In this document: one piece after another, positions 19,138 to 28,804 of the stretch
Layout of the letters: each line of letters begins with the position of its first letter
Position numbering within the stretch: position 1 is the stretch's first letter
Position numbers and translations under genes: made by a program
The notes under the pieces: generated by a model
Seen by the model: only the letters and a program-made list of their open reading frames with translations
Told to the model about the DNA's origin: nothing
Databases searched by the model: none
Origin: Nitrosococcus oceani ATCC 19707
GTDB lineage: Bacteria > Pseudomonadota > Gammaproteobacteria > Nitrosococcales > Nitrosococcaceae
NCBI RefSeq assembly: GCF_000012805.1
Contig: NC_007484.1
Span: 1,920,001 to 1,952,000, forward strand
Direction of reading: 5' to 3'
Length of the DNA stretch: 32,000 nucleotides

Positions 19138-20286
19138 ATGCTGCCAAGCCCAACACAGCACCTTTTCTTCATTACGCTTCATTGGATATTGGTTCTGTTG
19201 GTCCTTGCGCTAATAGGCTTGGGAGGGTATCTCCAATACTTGCCACCTACGGCCCCAAAGCAAGCATTTTCTGTCAATCTACATATCTCTCTAGGATTGA
19301 CAAGCATGATATTAGTCATTTTTCAAATTTTGCTATGGTTAGTATTGGGTAGACCTCAATCTTCAGAAACCGTTTCTCACTGGCAACAAGCCATCACCCG
19401 CAATCTATATATTTTGTTCTATGTATGCGTGATAATTTTGGGAGTCAGCGGTTTTTTTCAAGCCACTGCCAGCGGAATCTCCGTTAAATTTTGGGGTCTG
19501 CCAGTTCCCGCTGGGAAAAAAAAGGACCCTGATTTAGCAGGATTTACCGAGGCGTTACATGGGATTTCATCGCTCGCCCTGGTAGTATTGGTAGTTATCT
19601 GGATAGGCGTTATTTTACTAAAAACCTATCAGCAGAACAAAATTTTTTATGGCAATGCACTATCTAAAAAAATCAAATCGGAAGTAACATCACCGCCTCT
19701 TTCCAAAGCAATTTTAAGGCTGGTCAGAAATCTCCGTCTACTTGGATGGACGGCTTTCTGGATACAGTTCGGGCTTGCAATTGCGTCCGCGCTGCTATTG
19801 CTTTTTACTACCTCAGGCCAATCTCTTTCTCCTAACCAACTTAGCAGCGGCCTCACCTGGGCAGTTTATGATTTTATTATCCTCTGTTTAACTACCCTAT
19901 TTTTCTTTTATTACACCCGGCTTGCTAAAAAAATTACTTTGAAACCGAATTTTTATATTAATCCGGAAAAAAAATCCTCTCCTTGGTTTTTAAGACTCAG
20001 TTACAAAACCAGTCTTCTGGGAATGCTTGTTAGTTTCATCGGCATTGGAACAAGCTTATATCTGCTAATAGCGAAAACCGTTTCTCAACCACCGGGCATC
20101 GCCATTACCGATCCCAGCAAGATCGTGCGCGCCCTTGATGTCTTTATACTGCTGATAAATTTTGGTTTACTGATTGCTCACTTTATAGGCGCGGTAATCT
20201 CCATTTGGGTAACCGTCCTTGCCTCGGGCGCCCATAAGAAAATGCTGCTTGCTGACCCTCCTGCCAATAACTCTTTAATTACCTAA
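19138..20286 (+). CDS. 8-TM membrane protein: N-terminal cytochrome b561-like 4-helix module fused to a C-terminal 4-TM module (DUF3611-like by recollection)
   Basis: The N-terminal half has TM helices with His in positions typical of CybB-type b561 (ITLHWIL, VNLHISLG, EALHGISS). The C-terminal half (LLGWTAFWIQFGLAIASALLLLF ...) has four more helices. The gene is strongly AT-rich compared with its neighbours. Confidence 0.6.
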   Translation: MLPSPTQHLFFITLHWILVLLVLALIGLGGYLQYLPPTAPKQAFSVNLHISLGLTSMILVIFQILLWLVLGRPQSSETVSHWQQAITRNLYILFYVCVIILGVSGFFQATASGISVKFWGLPVPAGKKKDPDLAGFTEALHGISSLALVVLVVIWIGVILLKTYQQNKIFYGNALSKKIKSEVTSPPLSKAILRLVRNLRLLGWTAFWIQFGLAIASALLLLFTTSGQSLSPNQLSSGLTWAVYDFIILCLTTLFFFYYTRLAKKITLKPNFYINPEKKSSPWFLRLSYKTSLLGMLVSFIGIGTSLYLLIAKTVSQPPGIAITDPSKIVRALDVFILLINFGLLIAHFIGAVISIWVTVLASGAHKKMLLADPPANNSLIT

Positions 20287-20507
20287 ATCTTACTACCACA
20301 AGGATAGTAGCACCATATCGATACCCGGCTGGGTCTGTATAGTGGAGTGGAGCTGGTGTATCATTTTTTCTCTAAATATAAAAAATAAAATGAAAGGTCT
20401 TGATCAAATTATTCTTGCTGTTTTTGGGCTGGGGATGGATATAGGGATTGCGTTGGGCTTATTGTTTTTTTGCTAGTCGATAATCCCGCTTTCAAGCACC
20501 CCTTGTC

Positions 20508-22742
20508 TCAGGAAAGGGTTTTCCCTGGCGGAGGCACATTTTCATCATAAAAACCGATTCCTTGTTGGGCTAGATCAACTAGGAGAGAAGCAGGCGTAAA
20601 ACGTTTACCAAACTGCTCTTGGTAATGGACGAGTTGCTTGGAAACATTCCTCAATCCCTGGTTATCAATAAAGCGAAAAGGACCCCCTAAAAAAGGTGGA
20701 AAACCTAACCCAAAAACAGCGCCTACATCGCCGTCCCGGGCTGACCGTAAAATACCCTCGTGGTAGCAATGCACCGCCTCATTAATCATCGGTAGAAGGC
20801 AACGCATCGCAATTTCATTGGCCTCTAACTTTTTATCTGGTTTGATACCTAATGACTGATAAACGGATTGATCTACCTGCTTTCCTTTTCCTTTAAAAAT
20901 CCCATCCATTTTCTGATAACGATATAAACCCTGGCCATTTTTTTTGCCCAAGCGATGGGAACTCACTAATTTTGCGAGCACTGATGTAGGTTTCATCCGC
21001 TCACCAAAGGCTTCCTCCAGGATATGGGCGATCTTTTGCACCACATCGATACCCACCTCATCCAAAAGTTTGAGAGGTCCTACGGGAAAGCCAAAATTAA
21101 CCAATGCCTTATCGATATCCTGAATGGAGACTCCCTCGGCTAAAAGATGCGTGGCCTCATTGATATAAGGGGCCAGTATCCGCGTGGTATAAAAACCCGC
21201 CCCATCACGAACCACGATTACTGTTTTGTTTTGCTGTTTACCCAGTGCAACACAGGTGGCGACTACCTCCGGCACGGTTTTCTCAGTTACAATAACTTCA
21301 AGGAGCGGCACCTTGGGCACGGGCGAGAAATAATGCATGCCAACCACCGCCTCGGGACGATCACTCGCCTCGGCAATTTTATGAATGGGGATAGAGGAAG
21401 TATTGGAAGCAAAAATCATCTCCGGACCGCCATGGGCTTCTACTTCACGCAACACCTGCTGTTTTACCTTAAGATCTTCCACCACCGCCTCAATTACCAC
21501 ATCGGCTTGTTTAAAGCCGGTGTATTCGGTGGTGGGACGGACCAAAGCAAGTACCCGATCGCCTTCTCCCGCCGTCATGCGCCGTTTTTTAACTTGCTCA
21601 GTGACGGCATTCCATAAAGTGCGGAGCCCTTGCCGTAAGACCTCCTGCTTAAGGTCTTTTAAGCGCACCGGCAAACGCGCTTTCGCAGCGGTTACATAGG
21701 CTATGCCACTTCCCATCAAGCCCGCTCCCAAAACGCCCACTTTACGCACTAACCGGGGTGCTATCTCTTCATCGGTGCCCGGATCTTTTTTCAGCGCTGA
21801 TTTCGCCAAAAACAACGCCATGAGATTACGGGCCTTGGTGCTCACAGCCAAGTCGCCAAAAGCCTCCACTTCCGCTTTAAAGCCCGCTTCCAAGCCCTGC
21901 TCCATACCCGTCTTGATGACTTCAAGCGCCTGGAGGGGCGCCGGTAGATTGCCATGGGTATGGGAAAGCACCTTTTTCTTAGCCTGATTAAACACCATGG
22001 AGCGCCCGAGGGAATTTTTTTCCAACAACAGCGATCTAACCTTCCGCAAGCTCAACATGCTGCCGAAAATTCGGCTAACCTGTTGAAATGTGCCCGCTTC
22101 AGGCTCCTTGTTATTTTCCTGAACAAGTTCACGGGCACGGGCCAAAGCCGCTTCCAACAGCACTGGCCGAGGCACCACCTCGTCAACCAATCCCAGAGCG
22201 CAGGCTTTAGAAGCAGGATGGGTTTTACCCGTTAATATCATATTCAGAGCCGTCTCCAAACCTACCAGACGAGGTAACCGCTGGGTGCCCCCTACGCCAG
22301 GAATAACCCCCAATTTGACTTCTGGCTGGCCCAACCGGGTGCGGGCGCTATTGGTGGCCACACGCCCCCGGCAAGCCAAGGCCACCTCCAGCCCCCCGCC
22401 CAGGCAGACCCCGTGGATCGCCGCTACAATGGGGAGAGGAAAAGCTTCCAGCTGATCCATCGCTTGTTGGGCGGTGCGGGAGAGCTGCCGGGCCGCCTCA
22501 GCATCCGGCAATTGGGTCAACATCTTGATATCGGCGCCCGCGATAAAATCCTCCTTGGCCGAGGCCAGCACCACTACCTCTAAATCCTTATCCGCCGACA
22601 ATTGTTCAAGCACTCGGTTAAAATCTTGAGCAAAGTCCGCCTGCAATGTATTGACCGAAACATCAGGCACATCAAGCCAAATAATAGCTGCGTTATCTTC
22701 CCGCTTTTCAATCCGCAGTGAGCGGAACGTTCCATTTGTCAT
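20508..22742 (-). CDS. fadJ: Fatty-acid oxidation complex alpha subunit (enoyl-CoA hydratase / 3-hydroxyacyl-CoA dehydrogenase), FadJ-like
   Basis: The N-terminal crotonase fold has ASAKEDFIAGADIKML and AAIHGVCLGGGLEVALAC. The central NAD-binding motif is VGVLGAGLMGSGIA. The N-terminus aligns with my memory of E. coli FadJ. I moved the start from 22799 to the ATG at 22742 (MTNGTFRSL...), which overlaps the thiolase stop (ATGA). Confidence 0.9.
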   Translation of the reverse strand: MTNGTFRSLRIEKREDNAAIIWLDVPDVSVNTLQADFAQDFNRVLEQLSADKDLEVVVLASAKEDFIAGADIKMLTQLPDAEAARQLSRTAQQAMDQLEAFPLPIVAAIHGVCLGGGLEVALACRGRVATNSARTRLGQPEVKLGVIPGVGGTQRLPRLVGLETALNMILTGKTHPASKACALGLVDEVVPRPVLLEAALARARELVQENNKEPEAGTFQQVSRIFGSMLSLRKVRSLLLEKNSLGRSMVFNQAKKKVLSHTHGNLPAPLQALEVIKTGMEQGLEAGFKAEVEAFGDLAVSTKARNLMALFLAKSALKKDPGTDEEIAPRLVRKVGVLGAGLMGSGIAYVTAAKARLPVRLKDLKQEVLRQGLRTLWNAVTEQVKKRRMTAGEGDRVLALVRPTTEYTGFKQADVVIEAVVEDLKVKQQVLREVEAHGGPEMIFASNTSSIPIHKIAEASDRPEAVVGMHYFSPVPKVPLLEVIVTEKTVPEVVATCVALGKQQNKTVIVVRDGAGFYTTRILAPYINEATHLLAEGVSIQDIDKALVNFGFPVGPLKLLDEVGIDVVQKIAHILEEAFGERMKPTSVLAKLVSSHRLGKKNGQGLYRYQKMDGIFKGKGKQVDQSVYQSLGIKPDKKLEANEIAMRCLLPMINEAVHCYHEGILRSARDGDVGAVFGLGFPPFLGGPFRFIDNQGLRNVSKQLVHYQEQFGKRFTPASLLVDLAQQGIGFYDENVPPPGKTLS

Positions 22743-24031
22743 GAGGTTACCTCCAGCACCATAGCCGCACCCATTCCCCCCGCCGCGCAGGCGGTACACA
22801 GGGCAACTCCGCCACCGCGCCGCTTCAATTCTCCCAGAGTCTGAGCAATTTCCCGGGCGCCCGTAGCGGCAAAGGGGTGGCCCATGGCAATAGACCCCCC
22901 ATTGACATTCAATTTATCCCAATCGACTTCTCCAATCGGCTGGCTCCGGTTTAATTTTTCCCGGGCAAAGGAGACCGATTCGAAGGCTTGGATGGTCGAT
23001 AAGGTCGTGGCGGCAAAGGCTTCGTGCATATCGATCACATCCATATCTGCTAAGGTCATTCCCGCCCGCTCCAAAGCAATAGGGGTTGCATAGGCAGGCC
23101 CTAGCAGCAGCTGATCAAAGGGGTCCAGCGCTGCAAAGGCATAGCTGCGAATCTTTCCCAAAATAGGCATTCCCAAAGCTCTTGCCTTAGCCTCGTTCAT
23201 TAACAATAGGGCGCTGGCTCCATCGGTTAAAGGAGAACTATTCCCCGCGGTGACAGAGCCGTATTTCCGATCAAAAACGGGGTTCAGTTTGGCGTAATCG
23301 GCCAAATCGGACTCCGGCCGCAGCAGGTTATCCTCCTCTAAGGTATCCGTAAACTCAGGTGGAATAGGCACGGCCATCACTTCCTCGGAAAATTTCCCCT
23401 CTCGCCAAGCCTGGGCGGCGTGCTGATGGCTACGGCGGGCAAATTCATCCTGGGCTTGCCGGGAGATACCATTCTCCTTGGCCATCCGCTCCCCCGCTTC
23501 TCCCATAGTCTCTCCCGTGGTAGGTTCCGCAATCGCAGGCGGGCGGGGACGTAAGTCCCTGAGAGAAATTTCCTTGAAGGCGGCGAGGCGTTGGAGCAAG
23601 GTTTTAGCACTGGCAGCCTCGTGCAGGGCCTCTTGGAAAGGTTTAGAAACTGCGATAGGCACATCGCTTGCACTCTCCGTTCCACCCGCAATTCCACACT
23701 CAATGGCCCCTTCCTGGATGGCTTCTAATACATTGACCGTGGTTTGATAGCTGGTGATACAGGCTTTGGAGACGGTATAAGCTGGAATTTCCGCAGGCAT
23801 CCCAAGCCCTAACACAATCTCCCGAGCGACATTCGGAGCTTGCAATGACGGAATAACCTGGCCAAACACCACTTGCTCCACCGTTCTAGGATCGATATCC
23901 ACGCGTTCCAACAGTTCCCCGCACACCAGTTTCCCCAGACCCAAGGGAGAGAAATGCTTCAACGCTGTCCGCCGTTTAGCAAAGGGCGTGCGCAACCCCG
24001 CCACAATTACCGCATGCCTACTCTTGTTCAT
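22739..24031 (-). CDS. fadI: 3-ketoacyl-CoA thiolase (acetyl-CoA C-acyltransferase), FadI-like
   Basis: IVAGLRTPFAK..., active-site context VSKACITSYQ, and C-terminal NVNGGSIAMGHPFAATG ... ACAAGGMG. It is closely colinear with E. coli FadI as I recall it. The thiolase-first gene order matches fadIJ rather than fadBA. Confidence 0.88.
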   Translation of the reverse strand: MNKSRHAVIVAGLRTPFAKRRTALKHFSPLGLGKLVCGELLERVDIDPRTVEQVVFGQVIPSLQAPNVAREIVLGLGMPAEIPAYTVSKACITSYQTTVNVLEAIQEGAIECGIAGGTESASDVPIAVSKPFQEALHEAASAKTLLQRLAAFKEISLRDLRPRPPAIAEPTTGETMGEAGERMAKENGISRQAQDEFARRSHQHAAQAWREGKFSEEVMAVPIPPEFTDTLEEDNLLRPESDLADYAKLNPVFDRKYGSVTAGNSSPLTDGASALLLMNEAKARALGMPILGKIRSYAFAALDPFDQLLLGPAYATPIALERAGMTLADMDVIDMHEAFAATTLSTIQAFESVSFAREKLNRSQPIGEVDWDKLNVNGGSIAMGHPFAATGAREIAQTLGELKRRGGGVALCTACAAGGMGAAMVLEVTS

Positions 24032-24136
24032 TCAGCAGATCCCATCAATTTAAAGATATATACCAGCAACCTTAGAAGATATAACGACAAATGCAAGATC
24101 AGGGTAAAATTCCTTTGGCGCTAATCTTAGCCATCC

Positions 24137-26416
24137 TTATCCTCCGGAAAGGATTTGCTCACGCCTCAGCACCTGCTCCCCGCTGAGCTCTTCCGGGGAA
24201 AAATCATCGACCGTAATAATCTCCCAGGTGAGTTTTTCCGCTTTCTCAGCCAACTTTGCTTCCACCTCTGAAATGACTCCCCTGCTAACGGCCTCTTCCA
24301 GGGAAAGACTTTTAAGTCCCCTTTCCTTGGCTGCCCGGCGCAGTTTTTTGTTAGCCTCATCGGCCGCAATGACCGTTTTAAAAGCCTCCTCCAAATGGGC
24401 AATTGGATCTTTTTCCCTACTGCCCAGAAAAACTCCTGCCGTCAGGCGATCCCGGCTGCTCGAAGGCGACAATAATAGCGCCGCACACTGTCGCCCTACA
24501 TCATCCGAGGGTTTTCCAAATCGTCTGCCCCAAGGAAATAAAACCCACCGTAATAGCCCACCTACAGGGCGGGAAGGATAGTTGGCGAGAATCTCATCGA
24601 GTGTTTGCTGAATAAGGTAAAGCTCTCGCTGGCCACACCAATGTAACAAGGGAATATCTTCTCTAGGCTGGCCGTCATCTTTGAAACGCTTCAGGAGACA
24701 ACTCAGTAAATACAGATGGCTCAGGCAGTCACCTAGGCGGGCCGATATTTTTTCCCGCCGCTTTAATTCTCCCCCCAAAATTAACGAGGTAAGATCAGCC
24801 ACCAACGCAAATGAGGCACTCATTCGCCCCAACTGCCGATAATAGTAGTCAACCGTTACTTCCGCTTCCGGGACAGGAGACCAACGCCCCCCACTCAGGT
24901 TATGCCACCAAGCTCGGCCAAAATTACACAGCAAAAACCCCATATGACCAAATATGGCCTGGTCAAAGGCAACTAATCCTTCCTTTTCATCGGGGTTTTG
25001 CGCTGCCTGCATCTCCTTGAGCAGATAAGGATGACAACGAATGGCGCCTTGACCAAAAATAATCATGCTGCGAGTGAGGATATTTGCCCCTTCCACGGTA
25101 ATGGATACCGGAATAGCATGGTAGCTATTGGCTAGATAGTTACTCGGCCCCTCGCAAACGGCCTTGCCGCCATGGACGTCCATGGCGTCGTTAATAGTCT
25201 CCCGCATGCGCATGGTGGAGTGGTATTTGGCGATGGCGGAAAGCGTAGAAGGCTTGTCCCCCTGATCCACTGCCGCGGTGGTTGCCGTCCGAAGGGCATC
25301 TAGTAAGTAGGCATTGCCGGCAATGCGGGTTAACACCTCCTCTACCCCTTCGAACTTGCCAATGGGCAAGCGGAATTGTTTTCTCACCCGGGCGTAGGCC
25401 CCCGTAGCGCGGGCGCATAATTTGGCGGCACCGGTACTCATGGAAGGCAAAGATACGGAGCGCCCAACCCCCAGGCATTCCATCAGCATCTGCCACCCTT
25501 GGCCAGCCCGCTCCTGGCCGCCAATAATCCATTCTAGGGGCATGAATACCTCCTGACCGGTAGTAGGGCCGTTCTGGAACGCTTGGTAAGAGGGATAATG
25601 ACGCCGTCCTATTTGCACACCCGGCGTTTCTGTAGGCACCAAGGCGAGGGTAATGCCAATGTCTTCCTGCTCACCCAGTAGATGGTCTGGATCATAAAGA
25701 TGGAACGCCAATCCTAATACGGTCGCAATGGGACCTAAAGTGATATAGCGTTTATTCCAGGAGACTCTCATGCCCAAGGTACGCTTTCCTTGATAATCGC
25801 CATAGCACACCACCCCTGAGTCAGGCATGGAAGCGGCATCGGAACCCGCCGTGGGCCCCGTCATGGCAAAACAGGGTAACTCCTCGCCCCGGGCTAGCCG
25901 AGGGAGATAATGGCTTTTTTGTTCTTCTGTTCCATAGAGCAGCAAAAGCTCCGAAGGCCCCAATGAATTAGGCACCATAACGGTTACGGCGGCCGTCACG
26001 CTCCGGCTCGCTAATTTTCCGATCACCGAAGAGTGAGCCAAGGCTGAGAACTCCAATCCCCCATAAGCTTTAGGAATAATCATTCCCCAGAAACCATTAT
26101 TCTTGATAAATTGCCATGCCTCTAGGGGCAAGTCTTTTCGCTCATGGTTAATTTCCCAGTCATTAAGCAACCCGCAGAGTGTTTCCGTCGGACCCTCAAG
26201 AAATGCCTGCTCCTCCTCCGTAAGGCGTGGCTTGGGTAAATCGTGCAGGTATTGCCAATTGGGTTTACCGGAAAAAAGCTCGGCCTCCCAACCCACCGTA
26301 CCTGCATGTAACGCCTGCTCCTCCGTCTCCGAGAGAGGGGGCAATACCCGGCGTACCCTCTTGAGCACAGGCCGGCTAATCAGATTGCGCCGCAAAGACA
26401 AGAAAAAATTAACCAT
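24137..26416 (-). CDS. fadE: Large acyl-CoA dehydrogenase, FadE-like
   Basis: It is colinear with E. coli FadE from PPLSETEEQALHAGTVGWEAELFSGKPNW through HYLPRLARGEELPCFAMTGPTAGSDA, WNKRYITLGPIATVLGLAF, ITVEGANILTRSMIIFGQGAIRCHPY and ISARLGD. I prefer the ATG at 26416 (MVNFFLSL..., with GGGGA 9 nt upstream) over the ORF-track start at 26482. Confidence 0.9.
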   Translation of the reverse strand: MVNFFLSLRRNLISRPVLKRVRRVLPPLSETEEQALHAGTVGWEAELFSGKPNWQYLHDLPKPRLTEEEQAFLEGPTETLCGLLNDWEINHERKDLPLEAWQFIKNNGFWGMIIPKAYGGLEFSALAHSSVIGKLASRSVTAAVTVMVPNSLGPSELLLLYGTEEQKSHYLPRLARGEELPCFAMTGPTAGSDAASMPDSGVVCYGDYQGKRTLGMRVSWNKRYITLGPIATVLGLAFHLYDPDHLLGEQEDIGITLALVPTETPGVQIGRRHYPSYQAFQNGPTTGQEVFMPLEWIIGGQERAGQGWQMLMECLGVGRSVSLPSMSTGAAKLCARATGAYARVRKQFRLPIGKFEGVEEVLTRIAGNAYLLDALRTATTAAVDQGDKPSTLSAIAKYHSTMRMRETINDAMDVHGGKAVCEGPSNYLANSYHAIPVSITVEGANILTRSMIIFGQGAIRCHPYLLKEMQAAQNPDEKEGLVAFDQAIFGHMGFLLCNFGRAWWHNLSGGRWSPVPEAEVTVDYYYRQLGRMSASFALVADLTSLILGGELKRREKISARLGDCLSHLYLLSCLLKRFKDDGQPREDIPLLHWCGQRELYLIQQTLDEILANYPSRPVGGLLRWVLFPWGRRFGKPSDDVGRQCAALLLSPSSSRDRLTAGVFLGSREKDPIAHLEEAFKTVIAADEANKKLRRAAKERGLKSLSLEEAVSRGVISEVEAKLAEKAEKLTWEIITVDDFSPEELSGEQVLRREQILSGG

Positions 26417-26617
26417 TCTCAATCCCCTATGATTGATAACCAAGCAAGTAACCCGCTCTTTTCTAGGAATGGGCGGTAACACCCTAAAACAGGCTGCAAA
26501 AATTAAGTATAGCCAATTACCTATAATTTAGAGACCCGCTATCTCGGTTGCTCCCGCAAGAATCATGACTACAATCTTTTATATATATGCAATTAGGCAA
26601 AACATCCACAACATCCC

Positions 26618-28804
26618 ATGGTAAGAAACAGCAATAGACCCACTTATTATGCCGACGTCGAAAGTTGCGTCGAAAATATTTTATCTAAAGTGGGTAAAAA
26701 CATTGTACTGGGTATACCCATTGGTTTGGGAAAACCCAACCAATTGGTCAATGAATTCTTCCGGCGGGCAACAAAAGATCCAACGCTTCGATTAAAAATC
26801 TTTACCGCCCTTACTTTAACCAAACCACAATGGAAGAATGGACTTGAACGTAGGCTAGTGGAACCACTCTCTGCAAGAATTTTTGGTAACTATCCTGAAC
26901 TCGATTATATCTCGGCGCTCGAGAGATCCCAGCTTCCTCCTAATATAGAAGTTGCAGAATTTTATTTCCAGCCGGGTCAACTGCTCCATAATAGCCATGC
27001 ACAGCAAAATTATGTGAGCAGCAACTATACTCACGTAGTGCGCGATTCCTTAGATAGTGATATGAACGTTTTCGCCCAGCTCATTAGCAGCGCTAAACAA
27101 TGGGAAAACAAGACTTATTACAGCTTAAGCTGTAATGCCGATCTTACCCCTGATCTCATTCCGAAAATGCGCGGGTTAGAAAAATCCGGAAAAAAAATAG
27201 CCATACTCGGACAAATCAATCCTGAACTGCCCTTTATGTATGGCGATGCCCAGGTACCGTCAGAGAATTTTGACGCTATTGTGGATCACCCTCAATATGC
27301 CTTCAAACTCTTTGGCCCCCCCAATATGGCAATTAATCCTAGCGATTATATGATTGGGCTTCATGCTAGCGCGCTTATCAAGGATGGGGGCACCATTCAG
27401 CTGGGGATCGGTTCCTTGAGCGATGCCGTTACTTATCTCATTAAGATGCGGCATCAATACAACGCCGTTTATTGCGCCCTTTTATCAGAAGCAAACGTCC
27501 TCGGAAAATTTGAAAAGATGATCCACAATGTGGGAGGCAATGAACCTTTCAAGGAAGGTCTCTATGCAACCAGCGAAATGTTCGTCGACGGTTTCATGCA
27601 GCTTTATCGAAGCGGAATCCTAAAACGAAAAGTATATCCCCATGAAACCCTTCAACGGCTTCTCAATGAGAACAAACTCAGCCATCAAATTTCTCCAGCG
27701 GCTTTAACTCGTCTCATAGAAGAAAAAATTATTCATCCGCAGCTTAGTGAAAAAGAGGTTACTCTACTACAACAATGGGGTATTTTTAAAATGGAATTGA
27801 AATACCAGAACGGATTTATCTATCCACCTAACGAAATACCCATTCCTGCTGATCTGGCGGATAGCCAGTCTGCTGAAAAAATTTATCGTCATTGCTTAGA
27901 ACCCCACATAAAAGGGGGGCACCTACTCCACGCGAGCTTTTTTCTTGGACCTCAACGCTTTTATAATTTCTTACGGGGATTAAAGAAAGAAGAACGAGAA
28001 CAATTTTGTATGAAAAGAGTTGCTTATGTTAACCAACTTTATGGCAGCGAAGAACTCAAAAGACTACAAAGAAAAGATGCCCGTTTTTTAAATTCCGCCC
28101 TAATGGTGACTCTCAATGGCGCCATAATTTCAGATAAACTTGAGGATGGACGTACCGTGAGTGGAGTTGGCGGTCAGTATAATTTCGTTGCCATGGCTCA
28201 CGCCTTAGTGGATGCCCGCTCCATCATCATGCTCCGAAGCGTTCGGGAAAAACACGGGGAAATTCATTCTAATATCATTTGGAACTATGGCCATACTACC
28301 ATTCCTTGTCATCTACGGGATATGGTAGTGACCGAGTATGGTATTGCCAATCTCAGAGGAAAAAATGATCGTGAAATTATCATTGCCTTATTAAATATTA
28401 CGGATTCTAGATTTCAAGATTTTCTTCTCAGAGAAGCCCAGAAGGCAGGGAAAATATCTAAAAATTACCAAATCCCTGATGACTTTAAAGACAACTACCC
28501 AGCACGCCTTAAAAAACATTTGCGCCCTTATAAAGATCAGGGTTATCTGCCAGAATTCCCCTTTGGCACTGAATTTACCCCGGAAGAAATTGCGCTAACA
28601 AAAGCATTTGAGGCGATTCAAACCATGATAGCTAAAAAAAGGTTCCCTATACCTAATAAGCATCAGCTCAGAGCTATCCTCTCTGCCCCAGAAATCGCAA
28701 CCCCCTACCTGCAGCGGTTACAATTGGATAAACCCACCACAATGAAAGATAAACTGATGCAAAAACTGGTACTCTATGGGCTATCTCAAACTGGTGCAAT
28801 GTAA
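26618..28804 (+). CDS. Acetyl-CoA hydrolase/transferase-family protein (long form, 728 aa)
   Basis: The N-terminal IVLGIPIGLGKPNQLVNEFF and C-terminal SGVGGQYNFVAMAH ... VTEYGIANLRGK segments are typical of the acetyl-CoA hydrolase/CoA-transferase family. It is divergent from fadE. Confidence 0.75.
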   Translation: MVRNSNRPTYYADVESCVENILSKVGKNIVLGIPIGLGKPNQLVNEFFRRATKDPTLRLKIFTALTLTKPQWKNGLERRLVEPLSARIFGNYPELDYISALERSQLPPNIEVAEFYFQPGQLLHNSHAQQNYVSSNYTHVVRDSLDSDMNVFAQLISSAKQWENKTYYSLSCNADLTPDLIPKMRGLEKSGKKIAILGQINPELPFMYGDAQVPSENFDAIVDHPQYAFKLFGPPNMAINPSDYMIGLHASALIKDGGTIQLGIGSLSDAVTYLIKMRHQYNAVYCALLSEANVLGKFEKMIHNVGGNEPFKEGLYATSEMFVDGFMQLYRSGILKRKVYPHETLQRLLNENKLSHQISPAALTRLIEEKIIHPQLSEKEVTLLQQWGIFKMELKYQNGFIYPPNEIPIPADLADSQSAEKIYRHCLEPHIKGGHLLHASFFLGPQRFYNFLRGLKKEEREQFCMKRVAYVNQLYGSEELKRLQRKDARFLNSALMVTLNGAIISDKLEDGRTVSGVGGQYNFVAMAHALVDARSIIMLRSVREKHGEIHSNIIWNYGHTTIPCHLRDMVVTEYGIANLRGKNDREIIIALLNITDSRFQDFLLREAQKAGKISKNYQIPDDFKDNYPARLKKHLRPYKDQGYLPEFPFGTEFTPEEIALTKAFEAIQTMIAKKRFPIPNKHQLRAILSAPEIATPYLQRLQLDKPTTMKDKLMQKLVLYGLSQTGAM

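Noticed and set aside
26483-26617. Divergent fadE / CoA-transferase control region: a TATAAT at 26522..26527 and a possible FadR/TetR operator
   Set aside because: The -10 hexamer is perfect, but no acceptable -35 lies at 16-18 nt (AAAATT/AAAAAT), and I saw no clear palindrome. This is too weak to annotate.
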